From NCBI GenBank assembly GCA_963662315.1, contig OY759353.1, positions 3,616,001 to 3,680,000 on the forward strand: DNA of 64,000 nucleotides, written 5' to 3'. Shown in pieces: positions 1 through 10,234 of this stretch. The translations under genes were made by a program, and so were the position numbers. Under the pieces are notes generated by a model. It was not told where the DNA came from. It was given only the letters and a program-made list of their open reading frames with translations, and ran no database searches. The DNA is from Geopsychrobacteraceae bacterium. Its GTDB lineage: Bacteria > Desulfobacterota > Desulfuromonadia > Desulfuromonadales > Geopsychrobacteraceae. The first letter of the stretch is position 1. Every line of letters starts with the position of its first letter.

Positions 1-44
1 AAGCAATACGAATACTGGGGCGGATTCCCCAGGGAGGATAGCAG

Positions 45-383
45 ATGAGTGATGCAAATATGGATAATATCGAGGACATTCCGGTTCCTGCCCCGGAAGG
101 AAAATCTGCCGGAGGCAAAAACGACCGCGGTATCGATCTATTGCTCGATATCCCGCTGGAAGTTGCTGTAGAGGTCGGTCGTTCACGGATTCTTGTTCGG
201 GACCTGCTGCAGCTGCAGGAAGGATCGTTGATCGAGCTGGATAAACTGGCTGGCGAGCCCCTTGATCTGTACGTTAATTCACGGCTGATCGCGCGCGGTG
301 AGGCGGTTATTGTCAACGACAAGTTCGGTCTGCGTCTGACGGATGTCGTTAGTCCGTCAGAGCGTATTGAAAAGCTGGGCTGA
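45..383 (+). CDS. fliN: Flagellar motor switch protein FliN
   Basis: LLLDIPLEVAVEVG...LDKLAGEPLDLYVNSRLIARGEAVIVNDKFGLRLTDVV (SpoA domain); RBS ggagga. Confidence 0.96.
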   Translation: MSDANMDNIEDIPVPAPEGKSAGGKNDRGIDLLLDIPLEVAVEVGRSRILVRDLLQLQEGSLIELDKLAGEPLDLYVNSRLIARGEAVIVNDKFGLRLTDVVSPSERIEKLG

Positions 384-754
384 TGATACGCGTTGTTATA
401 GTGCTGCTGATCATGGCAGAACCGGTGCTGGCTGCTGAAAAGCTGGCGGAACCGAGTCTGCTTGGCTCTTCGCTAAAAATGGCTGCGGGTTTGATTCTTG
501 TTATCGGCATTTTATTGATGTTTTACGCGGCCAGTAAAAAGGGTTTTCTGGTCTTGCCTCAGCGCAAAGACGGCTTGATTAAAGTGCTAGAGACGCGCCC
601 GTTAGGCGGGCGGAAATATCTCTGTGTGGTTAAAGTTCGCGAGGAAGAACTGTTGTTGGGCTTAAGCCATGACCGTATTGAATGCTTAACCAGACTGCAG
701 CCGGACAAGCGTTTCAGCGATCAGCTTCAACAACTTGAAGAGGACCGGTCATGA
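383..754 (+). CDS. fliO: Flagellar biosynthesis protein FliO
   Basis: TM segment then IKVLETRPLGGRKYLCVVKV..LLLG; lies between fliN and fliP. Confidence 0.88.
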   Translation: MIRVVIVLLIMAEPVLAAEKLAEPSLLGSSLKMAAGLILVIGILLMFYAASKKGFLVLPQRKDGLIKVLETRPLGGRKYLCVVKVREEELLLGLSHDRIECLTRLQPDKRFSDQLQQLEEDRS

Positions 755-1488
755 AACGGCTGCTGTTGCTTGCTGCATTTTTGCTGGCTCCGCTTCTGGC
801 CCATGCCGCCCAGGGGTTACCGACGATTACCCTTGGCATCGGTCAAGCCACGGATCCGGCTGAAGTGTCGACGGCCCTGCAGATTCTCATTGTTCTGACT
901 ATTTTGTCCGTTGCCCCGGCGATTTTGCTGATGACCACCGGTTTTACCCGGATTGTCATTGTCCTGTCGTTTGTCCGGCAGGCTTTGGGGACGCAACAGG
1001 CGCCATCAAACCAAATTATTATCGGCTTGTCCCTGTTTTTGACCTTCTTTGTCATGGCCCCGGTGTTTACCCAGATCAATGATAATGCCCTGCAGCCCTA
1101 CCTGGACAACAAAATCAACCAGGACGTTGCTCTGGATGAAGCAGTTAAGCCAATGCGCACCTTCATGTTTTCTCAGGTCAGCGAAAAAGATCTGCAGTTT
1201 CTGGTCGATATCTCCCGTTCTCCACAGCCGCAAAATCAGGATGATATTTCCCTATTGACCCTGATCCCCGCATTTATGCTGTCTGAATTGAAGCGCGCTT
1301 TCCAGATGGGTTTTTTGCTGTTTGTTCCGTTTCTGATGATTGATATGATTGTAGCGTCAATTCTGATGGCCATGGGGATGATGATGTTGCCACCGATTAT
1401 CGTGTCGCTGCCGTTCAAGATTCTATTGTTTGTGCTGGTGGATGGCTGGACTCTGGTCGTCGGGTCATTAATTCAGAGTTTTGGTTGA
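751..1488 (+). CDS. fliP: Export gate protein FliP
   Basis: MTTGFTRIVIVLSFVRQALGTQQAPSNQ; GMMMLPP..SLPFKILLFVLVDGW. Confidence 0.97.
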   Translation: MKRLLLLAAFLLAPLLAHAAQGLPTITLGIGQATDPAEVSTALQILIVLTILSVAPAILLMTTGFTRIVIVLSFVRQALGTQQAPSNQIIIGLSLFLTFFVMAPVFTQINDNALQPYLDNKINQDVALDEAVKPMRTFMFSQVSEKDLQFLVDISRSPQPQNQDDISLLTLIPAFMLSELKRAFQMGFLLFVPFLMIDMIVASILMAMGMMMLPPIIVSLPFKILLFVLVDGWTLVVGSLIQSFG

Positions 1489-1521
1489 TGAGCATTCTGA
1501 TTATATTGGGGAGGCGGGAAT

Positions 1522-1791
1522 ATGACACCTGAATTCGTCATCGGCATCGGCCGCCAGGCCATTGAAACAACCCTGATGTGTGCTGCGCCCATGTTGATAA
1601 CAGCTTTGGTGATTGGGTTGGTTATCAGTATTTTTCAGGCGGCTACCCAGATCAATGAACAGACCATGACCTTTATTCCCAAAATTGTGGGGGTTTTCAT
1701 TACCCTGTTGATCTTTTCTCCATGGATTTTACAGAAAATATCAGCCTTTATTCATATGATTTTTGACCAGTTGCCCCTCGTCGGGCGCTAA
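1522..1791 (+). CDS. fliQ: Export gate protein FliQ
   Basis: SIFQAATQINEQTMTFIPK. Confidence 0.97.
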   Translation: MTPEFVIGIGRQAIETTLMCAAPMLITALVIGLVISIFQAATQINEQTMTFIPKIVGVFITLLIFSPWILQKISAFIHMIFDQLPLVGR

Positions 1792-1803
1792 GAGAAAACA
1801 GTC

Positions 1804-2580
1804 ATGGACCTGCCTGAAATCTCGCTGCCACTGATTCAGGGTTTTCTGATCTGCCTTGCGCGTGTTGCGGCTGTTTTTGCAGGGATTCCTATTTTCAGTG
1901 GTAACCAGGTTCCGCCACAGATTCGTTTTGGTGTTGCCGTTCTCTTTGCTCTGCTGACTTACCCTGTGGTTAAAGATTATTTGCCACAACAATCCCTCAC
2001 TCCTCTTGCTCTTGCCGTGGTTATCGGTGCTGACATTATTCTGGGGCTGATCGTCGGTTTTTTGGCACAGCTGATTTTTATGGCGGCCGAATTTGCCGGT
2101 TCGCTTATCGGCTATAAGATGGGTTTTGCCGCGGCGAACGTTTTTGATCCGGTTAATCAGCAGCAGGTTGCCCTGATTTCAAGATTTCAGAGTATCTTTG
2201 CGGTTCTGATTTTTTTATCTCTGGATGTTCATCATCTGTTTCTGGAAGCTCTGGTCTCTTCCTTTGAAATGCTGCCACCCGGAACTCTCAATTTAAGAGG
2301 TGGTGCAATTCCCATGTTGGTCGAGGTCACAAATCACTCCCTTATCCTCAGCGTTAAATTAGTGGCGCCGCTTTTGGTGTTGTTGATCCTGTCTTCCTTG
2401 ATTCTCGGCGTCATGTCTCGGGTCTTTCCTCAACTGAATGTTTTTATGCTGTCCTTCCCCTTAAATATCGGTCTTGGGTTTATCGTCATGGGAATCACGC
2501 TCGGTGTCATGGCGAATATCCTTGAAAGTGAGTTTGCTTCGCTTTCGGAACGATTCTTGCGACTCTTCAGTTTATTTTAA
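1804..2580 (+). CDS. fliR: Export gate protein FliR
   Basis: Hydrophobic; MGFAAANVFDP; SRVFPQLNVFMLSFP. Confidence 0.96.
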   Translation: MDLPEISLPLIQGFLICLARVAAVFAGIPIFSGNQVPPQIRFGVAVLFALLTYPVVKDYLPQQSLTPLALAVVIGADIILGLIVGFLAQLIFMAAEFAGSLIGYKMGFAAANVFDPVNQQQVALISRFQSIFAVLIFLSLDVHHLFLEALVSSFEMLPPGTLNLRGGAIPMLVEVTNHSLILSVKLVAPLLVLLILSSLILGVMSRVFPQLNVFMLSFPLNIGLGFIVMGITLGVMANILESEFASLSERFLRLFSLF

Positions 2581-2692
2581 GATCACTGCCAAAATATTGT
2601 CATTTTTCGGGATGGGTTGCCTCAGATCTGTTGTTTGAGCACAGGGCAAATTCTGTTAAATGACAGAACCTTGAAGACAAGGGACTGGTTAT

Positions 2693-3751
2693 ATGGCTGA
2701 AGAGTCCGGTCAGGAACGCACAGAACAGGCGACCGATAAGCGGCGCAAGGATTTCCGCGAAAAAGGCCAGGTTGCCCAGAGTAAAGAGGTGAGCACGGCG
2801 GCTTTATTGACAGCATCTCTCCTGCTGTGGGTATTCTATGTGGAACCGTTCTGGCTTGAACTGGAGCATATGTATCAGCGCTTCTTGCGCATGCTAAGTG
2901 ATTTTGAGGTCACTTCTGCCTCGGTTATGCAACTTGCGCTAAGTAACGGCTTGTTTATTGCCAAAATGCTGTGGCCAATCTTTCTTTTAACCTTGATTGT
3001 CGGTTTTTTTTCCTCGTTTGCCCAGGTCGGTCCTCTCTTCTCGGCCAAAGTTTTTCAGCCAGATATCAATAAGTTCAATCCCATCACCGGGATGGGGAAG
3101 TTCGTCTCAAAACGCGCTGCGGTTGAGCTCATCAAATCCTTGGCCAAAATTTCGTTGATTGGCTTTGTTGCCTATAAGACTGTTGCTGCAGAGTTTGACA
3201 GTGCTCTCAGTCTGACGATGGTCGATCTGCGCCAGACCCTTGTATTTCTGGGAGACGTGACATTTTTGGTGTTTGCTAAAAGCTGTGGAATCATCATCAT
3301 TCTCGCTATTATCGATTATGGCTTTGTCAAATATGAGATGGAAGAAAAGATGAAAATGACCAAGCAGGAGATCAAAGAGGAGCACAAGGATGTTGAGGGA
3401 AATCCACAACTTAAGTCGCGTATCCGCTCCATGCAGATGCAGATGGCCCGTAAACGGATGATGAGCGAAGTGCCCAAGGCCGATGTTATCATTACCAACC
3501 CGACCCACCTTTCTATTGCCCTGGCCTATCGGCGAGACGAGATGAGTGCTCCGCAGATTGTCGCCAAAGGAGCTGATCATTTAGCCTTTCGGATTCGTGA
3601 AATTGCCCGTGAACATCACGTTCCCATGGTTGAAAACAAGCCGGTGGCACGGGCTTTGTACAAGTACGAAGTAGGGGAGGAAATTCCCGAGGAAATGTTT
3701 ACTGCCGTAGCCGAGATTCTCGCCTACGTCTATGGTCTTAAAAAGAGATAA
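2693..3751 (+). CDS. flhB: Export switch protein FlhB
   Basis: ERTEQAT..RR..FREKGQV; NPTH autocleavage motif. Confidence 0.97.
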   Translation: MAEESGQERTEQATDKRRKDFREKGQVAQSKEVSTAALLTASLLLWVFYVEPFWLELEHMYQRFLRMLSDFEVTSASVMQLALSNGLFIAKMLWPIFLLTLIVGFFSSFAQVGPLFSAKVFQPDINKFNPITGMGKFVSKRAAVELIKSLAKISLIGFVAYKTVAAEFDSALSLTMVDLRQTLVFLGDVTFLVFAKSCGIIIILAIIDYGFVKYEMEEKMKMTKQEIKEEHKDVEGNPQLKSRIRSMQMQMARKRMMSEVPKADVIITNPTHLSIALAYRRDEMSAPQIVAKGADHLAFRIREIAREHHVPMVENKPVARALYKYEVGEEIPEEMFTAVAEILAYVYGLKKR

Positions 3752-3852
3752 CTTGCTGATAATAAAAATAAAAAGATAAATATCGCTTATTCTTAACATG
3801 AGCCAAAAGTTTGACATTTAGTGTCAATAATACTGATAAAGGTTGGATCTCT

Positions 3853-5943
3853 ATGGCTGCACTTGATGGAATTATGAATAACCGTTGGCGGGAATTATTG
3901 CTGCGCAGTGATATTTTTGTCGCATTCGGATTAGTATTGATTTTGATGTTGATGGTTCTGCCATTGCCGCCAGTGCTGCTCGATCTTTTCCTGGCCATGA
4001 ACATCACCATCGGCTTGCTGATCCTGATTATCGCCCTGTATACCTCAAGAGCCCTTGATTTCGCGGTTTTTCCCAGTGTGTTGCTGATTACCACTCTGTT
4101 CCGGCTGTCACTGAACGTCGCATCTACACGCTTGATCCTGCTCCATGGTGATGAAGGGCCATCGGCGGCGGGTTCGGTTATCCAGTCCTTCGGTCAGTTC
4201 GTGGTTGGCGGTAACTATGTGGTCGGTATCGTCATTTTCGTCATCCTGGTCATCATCAACTTTATGGTTATTACCAAGGGTGCCGGGCGCGTTGCCGAGG
4301 TTGCCGCTCGTTTTACCTTGGATGCCATGCCTGGTAAGCAGATGGCTATTGACGCCGATCTGAATGCCGGCTTGATCAACGATGAAGAGGCCCGGACTCG
4401 GCGTAAAGAGATTGCTTCCGAGTCCGATTTTTACGGGGCCATGGACGGTGCCAGCAAGTTTGTCAAAGGGGATGCCATCGCCGGTATCATCATTACCCTG
4501 ATCAATATCGGTGCCGGGTTTGTTATTGGTGTCATGCAAAAAGGGATGCCGATGGTCGAAGCGGCCGCCAACTACACGATTCTGACCGTTGGCGATGGTC
4601 TGGTCGGGCAGATTCCTGCCCTGATCATTTCAACCGGAGCCGGCATCATGGTCACCCGGACTGCCGGGGATGACAACTTCGGCACCGAAATGAAGCGCCA
4701 GTTCACCGTGCATCCCCAGGCGTTGTGGGTGGTCAGTGTGATTTTGCTGATATTTGCCCTGATCCCGGGGCTGCCACACTTCCCCTTCTTTGTGCTGTCC
4801 TTGACCGTGGGCTATATCGCCTGGCGGGTCCAGAAAACGCGTGAGCAAGAAGTCAGACGGCCGGTTACCGAGGCTCCGCCGGCACCCCGGCAGATCGAAG
4901 AGGAAAACTATGAAAAAATGCTCAGCGTCGACCTGCTGGAAATGGAGGTTGGCTATGGCCTGATTCCATTGGTTGACACGGCCCAGAACGGTGAATTGTT
5001 GCCGCGTATCAAGTCGATCCGCAAGCAGTTTGCCCTCGATTTCGGGTTTATCGTGCCGCCGGTGCATATCAAGGATAACCTGCAGCTCAAACCGAATGAA
5101 TATTCCCTCCTGCTCAAAGGGGTGGCCATTGGTGGTGGCGAATTGCTCCCCGGTCATTTCCTGGCTATGAATCCGGGGACGGCGACGGAAACCATCAAGG
5201 GAATTGAAACGGTTGAGCCAGCCTTTAACCTGCCGGCGGTGTGGATTTCCGAGGATAAGAAGGAACGGGCCCAGATCTCCGGTTATACCGTGGTTGACAA
5301 CACCACCGTGGTTGCTACCCACCTGAGTGAGCTGATCAAAAAGCACGGCCATGAACTTCTCGGTCGTCAAGAGGTGCAGAACCTTCTCGATAATCTGGCC
5401 AAGGATTATCCGAAGCTGGTTGAGGAGCTGGTCCCCAACATGCTGAGCCTTGGCGTGGTGATGCGCGTTCTGCAGAATCTCCTGCGTGAAGGGGTTTCTG
5501 TCCGTGACCTGAGAACTATTTTAGAAACATTGGCAGACTGGGCACCGGTATTGCATGATCCAGATCAACTGACTGAACATGTGCGGTCCATGATGGCTCG
5601 CTCGATCAGCAGCAGCTACAGTAATGATGGAAAGGTGCTAGAAGTAATGACTTTTGACCGGAACGTTGAGACAAGGATCCAGGATGCGCTGCAGAGCACG
5701 GATCAGGGCACTTACCTGGCCCTCGACCCTGGCTTCGCCCAGGCCCTGATCAACAGTCTTAACAAAGCGGTACAGAAAGCCGCCGGCGCAACTCCGGTGC
5801 TGCTGTGTACGCCAACAATCCGACTCCATGTCAAAAGGTTGACTGAGCGTTACCTCCCGGGTTTGGCAATTATTTCACACAATGAGATTGCTCCTCATCT
5901 GAAGGTGCGGTCGATAGGAACGGTGACTGTCAATGTTGGTTAA
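3853..5943 (+). CDS. flhA: Export apparatus protein FlhA
   Basis: RVAEVAARFTLDAMPGKQMAIDADL; ATG at 3853 preferred over TTG at 3811. Confidence 0.97.
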   Translation: MAALDGIMNNRWRELLLRSDIFVAFGLVLILMLMVLPLPPVLLDLFLAMNITIGLLILIIALYTSRALDFAVFPSVLLITTLFRLSLNVASTRLILLHGDEGPSAAGSVIQSFGQFVVGGNYVVGIVIFVILVIINFMVITKGAGRVAEVAARFTLDAMPGKQMAIDADLNAGLINDEEARTRRKEIASESDFYGAMDGASKFVKGDAIAGIIITLINIGAGFVIGVMQKGMPMVEAAANYTILTVGDGLVGQIPALIISTGAGIMVTRTAGDDNFGTEMKRQFTVHPQALWVVSVILLIFALIPGLPHFPFFVLSLTVGYIAWRVQKTREQEVRRPVTEAPPAPRQIEEENYEKMLSVDLLEMEVGYGLIPLVDTAQNGELLPRIKSIRKQFALDFGFIVPPVHIKDNLQLKPNEYSLLLKGVAIGGGELLPGHFLAMNPGTATETIKGIETVEPAFNLPAVWISEDKKERAQISGYTVVDNTTVVATHLSELIKKHGHELLGRQEVQNLLDNLAKDYPKLVEELVPNMLSLGVVMRVLQNLLREGVSVRDLRTILETLADWAPVLHDPDQLTEHVRSMMARSISSSYSNDGKVLEVMTFDRNVETRIQDALQSTDQGTYLALDPGFAQALINSLNKAVQKAAGATPVLLCTPTIRLHVKRLTERYLPGLAIISHNEIAPHLKVRSIGTVTVNVG

Positions 5944-7372
5944 AAAATTCGAAGCAGAAAATATGACGGCAGCTTTGCAGCTGGTAAAAGATACCCTTGG
6001 CTCGGACGCATTGATCCTGTCCACCAGAACTCTCAGCCGTAAGGGGCTTGGGGTACTTGGCAAGCAGGTGGTCGAAGTGACTGCCGCCATCGAGTCACCG
6101 GCAATGAAAAACAACCTGCGCAAGGCTGTCCCTGCAAACGATGTGCTGCCTGAGCCGGTACGTGCTGCCTTTGGAAAATTTTCGACCGGGCATAATCAAC
6201 GTGTCGAAACCCTGGAAGACGAAGTCGTGTCGATTTCCCGACAGGCGGTCAGTCGCAGCCAGAAGGTTGAGTTGCGGGATAATCCCCTTGAAGCTGAAGT
6301 CCGTCAGTTACGGGCCCAGCTCGAAGCACAGAATGTCGGGCGACTGCAGGCCGAAATCGAAGAGCTGAAAGCCCTGATGAAACAACTGACCGCGTTTAAC
6401 CCGGTTGTTGCCCCCGCAGCACCCTCCGCTGCTGTGCCGCAAGCAGAAGAGCGTTTCGTATTTCCCGAAGAGCCCACTGCATCGCTTCTGGAAACTATTA
6501 AACCGGTCATTAAAAAAGTGGAGCCACGCCCTGCACCGGTCACACGCTTTAAGGATGCTGTTGAACAAAACCTCGACGATTTGTCCGCCATGCTGGTGGA
6601 ATGTGGTATCGATGCCGAAGCGGCAGCAACCATCGCCCGTTTTGCCGAGCCACAAATGAATTCAAGCCAGCGTCATAATCCCGACGCTTGTCGGCGCTTT
6701 CTGGCCCGTACCGTGGCCGGACTGGTACAGACTACCGGGCGCCTGTGGCAGTCCGGCCAACCACAAAAACGTGTCGCACTGCTGGGCGCAACCGGGGTCG
6801 GTAAAACGACGTCCATCGCCAAACTGGCAGCTGAAGCGATTACCGAAAGTGGCGCCCGGGTCGCCCTGGTCACCATCGATACCTACCGCATCGCTGCTGT
6901 TGAGCAACTGAAAATCTACGGTGAGATCATGGGTATCCCGGTTGATGTGGTTCTGTCCCCCGATCAGCTGCAGGAAGCTTTCCGCCGTCATGCCGACAAG
7001 GATCTGATCCTGATCGATACGGCCGGACGCAGCCCGCAGGACAGCCTGCGTATTGCAGAGCTGAACGAATTTCTCGGCGCCGGAGCCGGAGTAGAAAACT
7101 GCCTGGTGCTGCCGGCGACCACAGAAGAGCGCCTGTTGCAAAAGACCTATGAAGCATTCAGCGCATTACCCTTGTCCCGACTGATCTTTACCAAGCTGGA
7201 TGAAACCGATCGTTGCGGGTCTCTTATCAATATCTCGACCCGCAATAATTTGCCCCTGGCCTACCTGACCAATGGTCAGCGGGTGCCGGAAGATCTGCTT
7301 CTGGCCGAACCACAGAACGTTGCTGACCTGGTCATGGGTGCAGCAGAAGAAACACGGAGGATGGCAGTATGA
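5933..7372 (+). CDS. flhF: SRP-family GTPase FlhF
   Basis: GATGVGKTT, DTYRIAAVEQL, DTAGRS, TKLDE, GQRVPEDL. Confidence 0.96.
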   Translation: MLVKKFEAENMTAALQLVKDTLGSDALILSTRTLSRKGLGVLGKQVVEVTAAIESPAMKNNLRKAVPANDVLPEPVRAAFGKFSTGHNQRVETLEDEVVSISRQAVSRSQKVELRDNPLEAEVRQLRAQLEAQNVGRLQAEIEELKALMKQLTAFNPVVAPAAPSAAVPQAEERFVFPEEPTASLLETIKPVIKKVEPRPAPVTRFKDAVEQNLDDLSAMLVECGIDAEAAATIARFAEPQMNSSQRHNPDACRRFLARTVAGLVQTTGRLWQSGQPQKRVALLGATGVGKTTSIAKLAAEAITESGARVALVTIDTYRIAAVEQLKIYGEIMGIPVDVVLSPDQLQEAFRRHADKDLILIDTAGRSPQDSLRIAELNEFLGAGAGVENCLVLPATTEERLLQKTYEAFSALPLSRLIFTKLDETDRCGSLINISTRNNLPLAYLTNGQRVPEDLLLAEPQNVADLVMGAAEETRRMAV

Positions 7373-8268
7373 TGAGTAGCGCCACGGATCAGGCCGGAAC
7401 TTTGCGCACGATGCGCGACCAGATGGATCAGACTGCCCGTACCCTGCAGCTGCCGGCCACCAGAGTATTGTCAATTACCAGCGGCAAAGGGGGGGTCGGT
7501 AAGACCGCCGTTGTGTCAAATGTTGCTGTGACCCTGGCAAAACAGGGGAAAAAGGTTTTGATTATCGATGCTGACCTGGGGTTGGCCAATGTCGATGTCG
7601 TGCTGGGACTGGCCCCGCCTTACAACCTGAACCATTTCTTCAATGGTGAGCGCACCCTTGAAGAGATCATAGTTGAAGGTCCCCACGGGCTCAAGGTTCT
7701 GCCAGCCGGATCGGGCGTACAGCAGTTTACTCGCCTCGATTCGCAGCTGAAGATGCGCCTTATCGATGCCCTCGATGCCCTTCATGAGCACTTCGACGTG
7801 GTGTTGATCGACACCGAGGCTGGCATCTCTGACAACGTGACCTATTTCAACGTGGCCGCTCAGGATATCCTGGTGGTCACCTCTCCCGAGCCGACGGCGA
7901 TTACCGATGCTTACGCCCTGATGAAGCTGTTGTCAACGCAGTATCATCAGAAGCGTTTTCTGCTGGCAGTCAATTCGGTGCGCAATGCAGACGAAGGACT
8001 CGATGTCTTCGAAAAGCTGACCATGGTGTCAGGGCGCTATCTTGACATTTTCATCGATTACCTCGGCTGTATTCCCTATGACAAAAAAATGCACGATTCG
8101 GTGCGTCAGCAGCAGGTCATGGTCGACCTTTATCCCGACCATAAAGTGGCCAAATCGTTTGTCGAACTGGCGGAGACCCTGCTGGAAACACCGATCAATA
8201 ATCAGGCTCAAGGAACCCTGCAGTTTTTCTGGAAGCAGTTTCTTGGCGTCGGTTCGGAGGCAAGTTGA
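7369..8268 (+). CDS. flhG: MinD-like ATPase FlhG/FleN
   Basis: N-terminal DQA..LR motif; SGKGGVGKT; follows flhF. Confidence 0.94.
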   Translation: MMSSATDQAGTLRTMRDQMDQTARTLQLPATRVLSITSGKGGVGKTAVVSNVAVTLAKQGKKVLIIDADLGLANVDVVLGLAPPYNLNHFFNGERTLEEIIVEGPHGLKVLPAGSGVQQFTRLDSQLKMRLIDALDALHEHFDVVLIDTEAGISDNVTYFNVAAQDILVVTSPEPTAITDAYALMKLLSTQYHQKRFLLAVNSVRNADEGLDVFEKLTMVSGRYLDIFIDYLGCIPYDKKMHDSVRQQQVMVDLYPDHKVAKSFVELAETLLETPINNQAQGTLQFFWKQFLGVGSEAS

Positions 8269-9023
8269 TGAGTTATTCTAGCGGCTATGGTCCCCCGGGA
8301 CCCCAGGAGCGTGAAAAGATGATTGAGATGCATCTATCCCTGGTAGATTTTCTGGTTGATCGCATGATGACCCAGGTTCCGTCCTTTGTCAGTCGTGACG
8401 ACATCCGCAGTGCGGCTCTGATGGGGCTGATGGACGCGGCCAACCGCTTTGATCCACGGCGCGGAGTCCTGTTCAAAACCTTTGCCGAGCGGCGTATTCG
8501 TGGTGCCGTTTTTGACGAGGTCAGAAGGATGGACTGGTTCTCCCGGTCGCTGCGCGAAAAGCAGTCACGCTATAACAAGATGACGGAGGAGCTGGGAAAA
8601 AGGCTGGGACGCGCGCCGGACGACGAAGAAATGGCCATGGCGCTGGAAATGACCCTGGATGAATATCGTGATTTGCAGTTTCAGGTCAGCCAGCTGGGCT
8701 ATGTCAGTCTCAATGAAAATCTGGATGACGATGACGATCAGGGGAAATCGTTTATCGACAACCTTCAGGATACCCGTGTCGAGAGCGTTCAGGACAAGAT
8801 GGAAGCCAACGAATTGACACGCGAACTGGCTGGCTACCTGGATCAGTTGTCTGAAAAAGAACGTCTGGTGATTGCGTTGCTTTACTACGAAGAATTGTCA
8901 CAGAAGGAAATCTCCGAAGTCCTGGAATTATCCGAAGGACGGATTTCGCAACTCCACAGCCAGGCGCTGATCAAGCTGAAAGGCAAAATGAGGAACAGTA
9001 TTAACGCGTTACGGGTTGGCTAG
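8265..9023 (+). CDS. fliA: RNA polymerase sigma-28 FliA
   Basis: FKTFAERRIRGAVFDEVRRMDW; EISEVLELSEGRISQLHSQA. Confidence 0.96.
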   Translation: MMSYSSGYGPPGPQEREKMIEMHLSLVDFLVDRMMTQVPSFVSRDDIRSAALMGLMDAANRFDPRRGVLFKTFAERRIRGAVFDEVRRMDWFSRSLREKQSRYNKMTEELGKRLGRAPDDEEMAMALEMTLDEYRDLQFQVSQLGYVSLNENLDDDDDQGKSFIDNLQDTRVESVQDKMEANELTRELAGYLDQLSEKERLVIALLYYEELSQKEISEVLELSEGRISQLHSQALIKLKGKMRNSINALRVG

Positions 9024-9025
9024 CG

Positions 9026-9409
9026 ATGATGGTTTACTGGTTGATATTGCTGGCGGTTGCTGCCGTTGCAGCATTTGCCCTGATGCTGAGTGTTCGCTTG
9101 CTGACAGTGGTCAGAAAATTACAGGAGCAGGTCCGGAATTTGCAAAGTACTCAAGACGAGACCCGGGCAGCGTCAACCCCGGTTAGTTTTTCGACCAGCC
9201 TCGGTCAGGCGGAACGCAAAGCGGCAGAAACCCAGGTTCAGTTCAAGGGTGGCTCGCAATCCGACAAATACAGCTATATTGCCTCCATGGCTGGTCAAGG
9301 GCTTGATAGTACGGCTATCGCAGCAACACTGCAGATGTCAGTGGTTGAGGTTGAACAGCTGTTAAGTCTGGCCCGACTCCGCCACGGCGGAAAAAGGCAG
9401 CAGCTCTGA
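9026..9409 (+). CDS. Membrane-anchored hypothetical protein with C-terminal HTH-like segment (DUF2802-like)
   Basis: N-terminal TM, coiled coil, then GLDSTAIAATLQMSVVEVEQLLSL. Confidence 0.6.
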   Translation: MMVYWLILLAVAAVAAFALMLSVRLLTVVRKLQEQVRNLQSTQDETRAASTPVSFSTSLGQAERKAAETQVQFKGGSQSDKYSYIASMAGQGLDSTAIAATLQMSVVEVEQLLSLARLRHGGKRQQL

Positions 9410-9415
9410 AACCCC

Positions 9416-9443
9416 TAAAGACTTACTGTCAAAAGACCGACAA
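9416..9443 (+). promoter_or_regulatory. Putative sigma-28 promoter upstream of flgF
   Basis: TAAA-N16-ACCGACAA. Confidence 0.45.
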
Positions 9444-9466
9444 GAAGGGCAAGTGAGGAAATCGAT

Positions 9467-10195
9467 ATGTCGAGCGGAAAGTACAGCGCCATTTCAGGGG
9501 CCGTTGGCCGTATGGAAAATATGAATCGCATCAGCGAGCAGCTGGCAGCCGTCAAAACGCCGGGATTCAAACAGGGCGTGTCAACCTTTGAAGCAACCCT
9601 GGGGGAAATCAATTCGGGAATGGCCACGAAAGCGACCAACTACACTCAGATAACCAAGCCGGAGATCGATTTCACGCAGGGTCCACTCGAGTATACCGGG
9701 GACCCTCTGGATCTGGCCATCAATGGAGAAGGTTTCTTTCATATTGAACTCCCGAATGGCGATACCGCCTACGAACGTAAAGGAAACTTTCGGCTTAATA
9801 CTGAAGGTCAACTCATTGACACGAACGGTTACCTGGTGCTGGACACGTCAGGAAAGCCGATTACTCTGCTGCAGTCCGACGTACAGATCAACACCAATGG
9901 CGACATCTGGGACGGTGAAACACTGGTGGCCAAGATTGCGGTCATGGCTTTTGCTGACCAATCGGTTCTCAAGCAGGTGCGTGGCGAACTTTATGTTGCC
10001 ACCGATAACAGTGCGCCGACTCTGACCACCGATATGGAATTGCTGCAGAATAATGTCGAAGCGGCCAACGTCAACATGGTCAAAACCATGACAATGATGA
10101 CAGATAACCTGCGGGCATTTGAAGCCACACAAAAAGCCTTGAAAATTTACAGCGATATGGATTCCAAGGCGGCTGATATCGGAACCATTCAGTAA
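9467..10195 (+). CDS. flgF: Basal-body rod protein FlgF
   Basis: TPGFK, DFTQGPLEYTGDPLDLAINGEGFF; precedes flgG. Confidence 0.88.
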   Translation: MSSGKYSAISGAVGRMENMNRISEQLAAVKTPGFKQGVSTFEATLGEINSGMATKATNYTQITKPEIDFTQGPLEYTGDPLDLAINGEGFFHIELPNGDTAYERKGNFRLNTEGQLIDTNGYLVLDTSGKPITLLQSDVQINTNGDIWDGETLVAKIAVMAFADQSVLKQVRGELYVATDNSAPTLTTDMELLQNNVEAANVNMVKTMTMMTDNLRAFEATQKALKIYSDMDSKAADIGTIQ

Positions 10196-10234
10196 CAGTC
10201 GCAACATGACGCCTGGCGTCAAAGGAGATAATAA

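Noticed and set aside
2640..2690. gggcaaa plus hairpins before flhB as a c-di-GMP-I riboswitch
   Set aside because: Lacks the GAAA tetraloop and the GACGCAAAGC segment.
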